Positions 61,340 through 64,000 of a DNA stretch of 64,000 nt are shown piece after piece. This stretch comes from the human T2T-CHM13v2.0 reference genome, Homo sapiens. Every line of letters starts with the position of its first letter. Within the stretch, counting starts at the first letter, position 1. The DNA is taken from the NCBI RefSeq assembly GCF_009914755.1, contig NC_060930.1; one strand, 5' to 3'. The translations under genes and the position numbers were made by a program. The notes under the pieces are model-generated. The model was given only the letters and a program-made list of their open reading frames with translations. It was not told the origin of the DNA and ran no database searches.

Positions 61340-62030
61340 TGTCATTTGTCCAAGTAATTTTATTTTCATGTGAAAAGTTTAAGCATACAAAGAAGAGAAA
61401 GTAGTAAAATGAACTCTCATATGACCATTGCTCAATTCAATAAATACCAATATTTTGCCATGTGTGCCTAATATATTTTTTCTTTTCTTTTGTTAAAGTA
61501 TTTAAAGCAAAACCCAGACATCAGCTTATTTCATTCCTGTTTACTTTCTTATGCTATTATAATAGTGGTATATAATAGAAGCATATAAGCATATCCATAC
61601 TAGCACATAAAGCATATAATAGTGTTATAATGTGATCATAACACTAGCAAAATTGATGGTCATAGCTTGGTGTTGTATAAAACCCATACTGTATTCAAAT
61701 TTTCTCTATTGTCTCAAAAATGTGTTCTTACAACTGTTTTTTTTGGGGAGGGAGGGGTATTGTTTTGTTTTATTTTAATCAGGGACCACACAAGTTCTAC
61801 CCAATGCATTTTGTTGTTATTGCTCATAACTCCTTTTTAGTCTTTTTATTTTCCATGCCATTAACTTGTGGAAGAAACCAGATCCATAATATTCAAACAT
61901 CCCACATTCTGCATTTGTCTGTTTACTTCCTTGTGGTACAGTTTAACAACTTGTTCCTCTATTCTCATCGTTTCTGTAAACCGATGCCACTGTTTTGTTT
62001 TTTGCATTTTGTATATTTTTCCCACTGCGT
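61340..62030 (-). mobile_element. L1MC 3' relic
   Basis: tttaaagcaaaacccagacatca, tattcaaattttctctattgtctcaaaaatg. Confidence 0.65.
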
Positions 62031-62306
62031 GTGAGTCACTCAAAAAAATACATCTTTCAGTGATGCCTTTTTTCCTGGATTCATCTCAGTTGGGTTTTAA
62101 TCTTTCAATAGATACCAATTATGATGAATTAGTCATATTCTAATGATTTCCCTAAGAATAGATTGATGCATTAATAAGGGATCTGACAACACATAAACAT
62201 GGGTTGAATAAAAGAAAATTATTTTAGAAAAATTCAGGAAATGATTATAATTGTTTTATATAGCTAAGTTCTTTGATTCAGTATGCGGTACTGTAAGAAC
62301 ATTCTC

Positions 62307-63062
62307 TGCGGTATTATGAGATATATATAAATATATATATTGGTTTTTGTCCACTGTTCCTGGTTCATACCTCCCATAAGCCCTTGCTACAGTCTTTGTT
62401 CTAATGTTGGGTGTATTTGGCCTCAGGGATAGGCCTCTGCCTTTCTCCTGCCTTCCTTTCACTCTCCTGTTTCCCCGCCTGTCTGATAGTGGGTGGGTCT
62501 TAAAACCCTCCCAGGAGAGGGTCTCACTCTACACCCTGGGGTAAGGAAAGCTGATGTTTTGAAGCTTTCATAAAAAACCCAAGAGGACGGGTTCAGAGAG
62601 CTTCCAGGTAGCTGAACACACTGAGGTGCCTGCAGGTTGGCCTCCAGGGAGGGCATGGACGCTCCACGTCCCTTCCCCATACGTCACCCTACATGCCTCT
62701 TCATCTATATTCTTTGCAGTATCCTTTATAATAAACTGGTAAGTGTAAATAAGTGTTTTCCTGAGTTCTGTGAGTGGCTCCAGCAAATTAATTGAACCCA
62801 AAGAAAGGGTCATGGAACTTGCGACTGATGTGTGTGTAAGGGGAGGCAATCTTGGGACTCAGCCCTCAGCCTGTGGGATCTGACACTGTCTTAGGGTAAA
62901 TGGTGTCAGAACTGGATTGGAGGACACCCAGGTTGTGTCTATTACTTGGTGTGTGGGAAAAAAAAAAAAAAAAACCCACACATTTGATCACAGAGTCTTC
63001 TGTGTTGACTGTTGTGTAAGAGTAGAGGAAAAATGTGGTTAGAGAGAGTTTTCTCTACTACA
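62307..63062 (+). mobile_element. MER21A-type solo LTR
   Basis: gggttcagagagcttccaggtagctgaacac, ctgagttctgtgagtggctccagcaaattaattgaaccc; perfect TSD ttctc. Confidence 0.88.
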
Positions 63063-63156
63063 TTCTCTTTTTCAAAATTTACTCATTTAAAATAAATAAA
63101 ATACCTTCACATATCAATTATCATTTTTGATCATGAGAGCTGGGTTTTGAAGTTTA

Positions 63157-63517
<361 letters not shown>

Positions 63518-63729
63518 TTATGTCTGTGCAGACGTGTTATACTTAATAGTGTATGTGGGCAATCTTGTGTTTTAAACTGAAGCTCAATAAGGTGATTTAT
63601 TTCCCAAGTATATATAGATATTATAGTCATATTTTTATCATAAATATATATAACTTTTTTATACAGATACAGTTTCTAAATATTTTCTCTACACTCAATA
63701 ATATGAAAATTTCATAAAGGATATTATAA

Positions 63730-63960
63730 TTACATTTATTGAGTACCTACAATATGCCATTTATATGTTTACACTCTTTATATGTAATAAGCCTTTTAGA
63801 CTTTACAAAAATCCTATGAAATAGGCTTTAGAATTATTCTCGTTTAATAAGGAAGCAGAGGCAAAAATCAGTTAGGTCCCTTTTCCAAGGGCTTTCAGGT
63901 CCAGGATTTGAATCTAGGTAGCTTAGCCCTCTTGGTCTTTGCCCTTAATTTCCATGCTGT
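63730..63960 (-). mobile_element. MIR
   Basis: catttattgagtacctac ... ggatttgaatctagg. Confidence 0.7.
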
Positions 63961-64000
63961 GCAAAGTTTGCATTAAAGTAGGCTAAGTGGGGAGGTGGGC

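Noticed and set aside
62284-62321. tgcggtactgtaaga resembling the MER21 terminus 23 bp downstream (12/15)
   Set aside because: Too short to separate from chance; the LTR already has a clean TSD.

Overview
Human/primate genomic DNA, dominated by interspersed repeats: about 27 Alus, a full-length but dead L1PA6/7-type LINE-1, a complete MSTA MaLR provirus, solo THE1/MLT1/MLT2/MER21 LTRs, and old L1M/L2/MIR/hAT relics. A CpG-island promoter at ~52.4-53.5 kb has a candidate non-coding first exon on the minus strand (~53327-53180), so positions 1-53180 are probably the long first intron of a gene I cannot name. No intact cellular CDS is visible; nearly all ORF-track entries are repeat or GC-content artefacts. 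The main non-repeat element, missed by the ORF track, is a decayed processed pseudogene of FKBP7 (+ strand, ~25.1-26.7 kb) split by an AluJ. It appears to carry the ~111-nt alternative segment of the long FKBP7 isoform. Other points of note: a consensus CTCF site inside an MLT1 LTR, a sense-oriented MLT2A1 LTR with an intact splice donor, a MIR split by both the L1 and the provirus, and several templated micro-duplication scars. I found no evidence of a new multi-gene system. Repeat subfamily calls and the FKBP7 comparison are from memory of consensus sequences, not from database searches.
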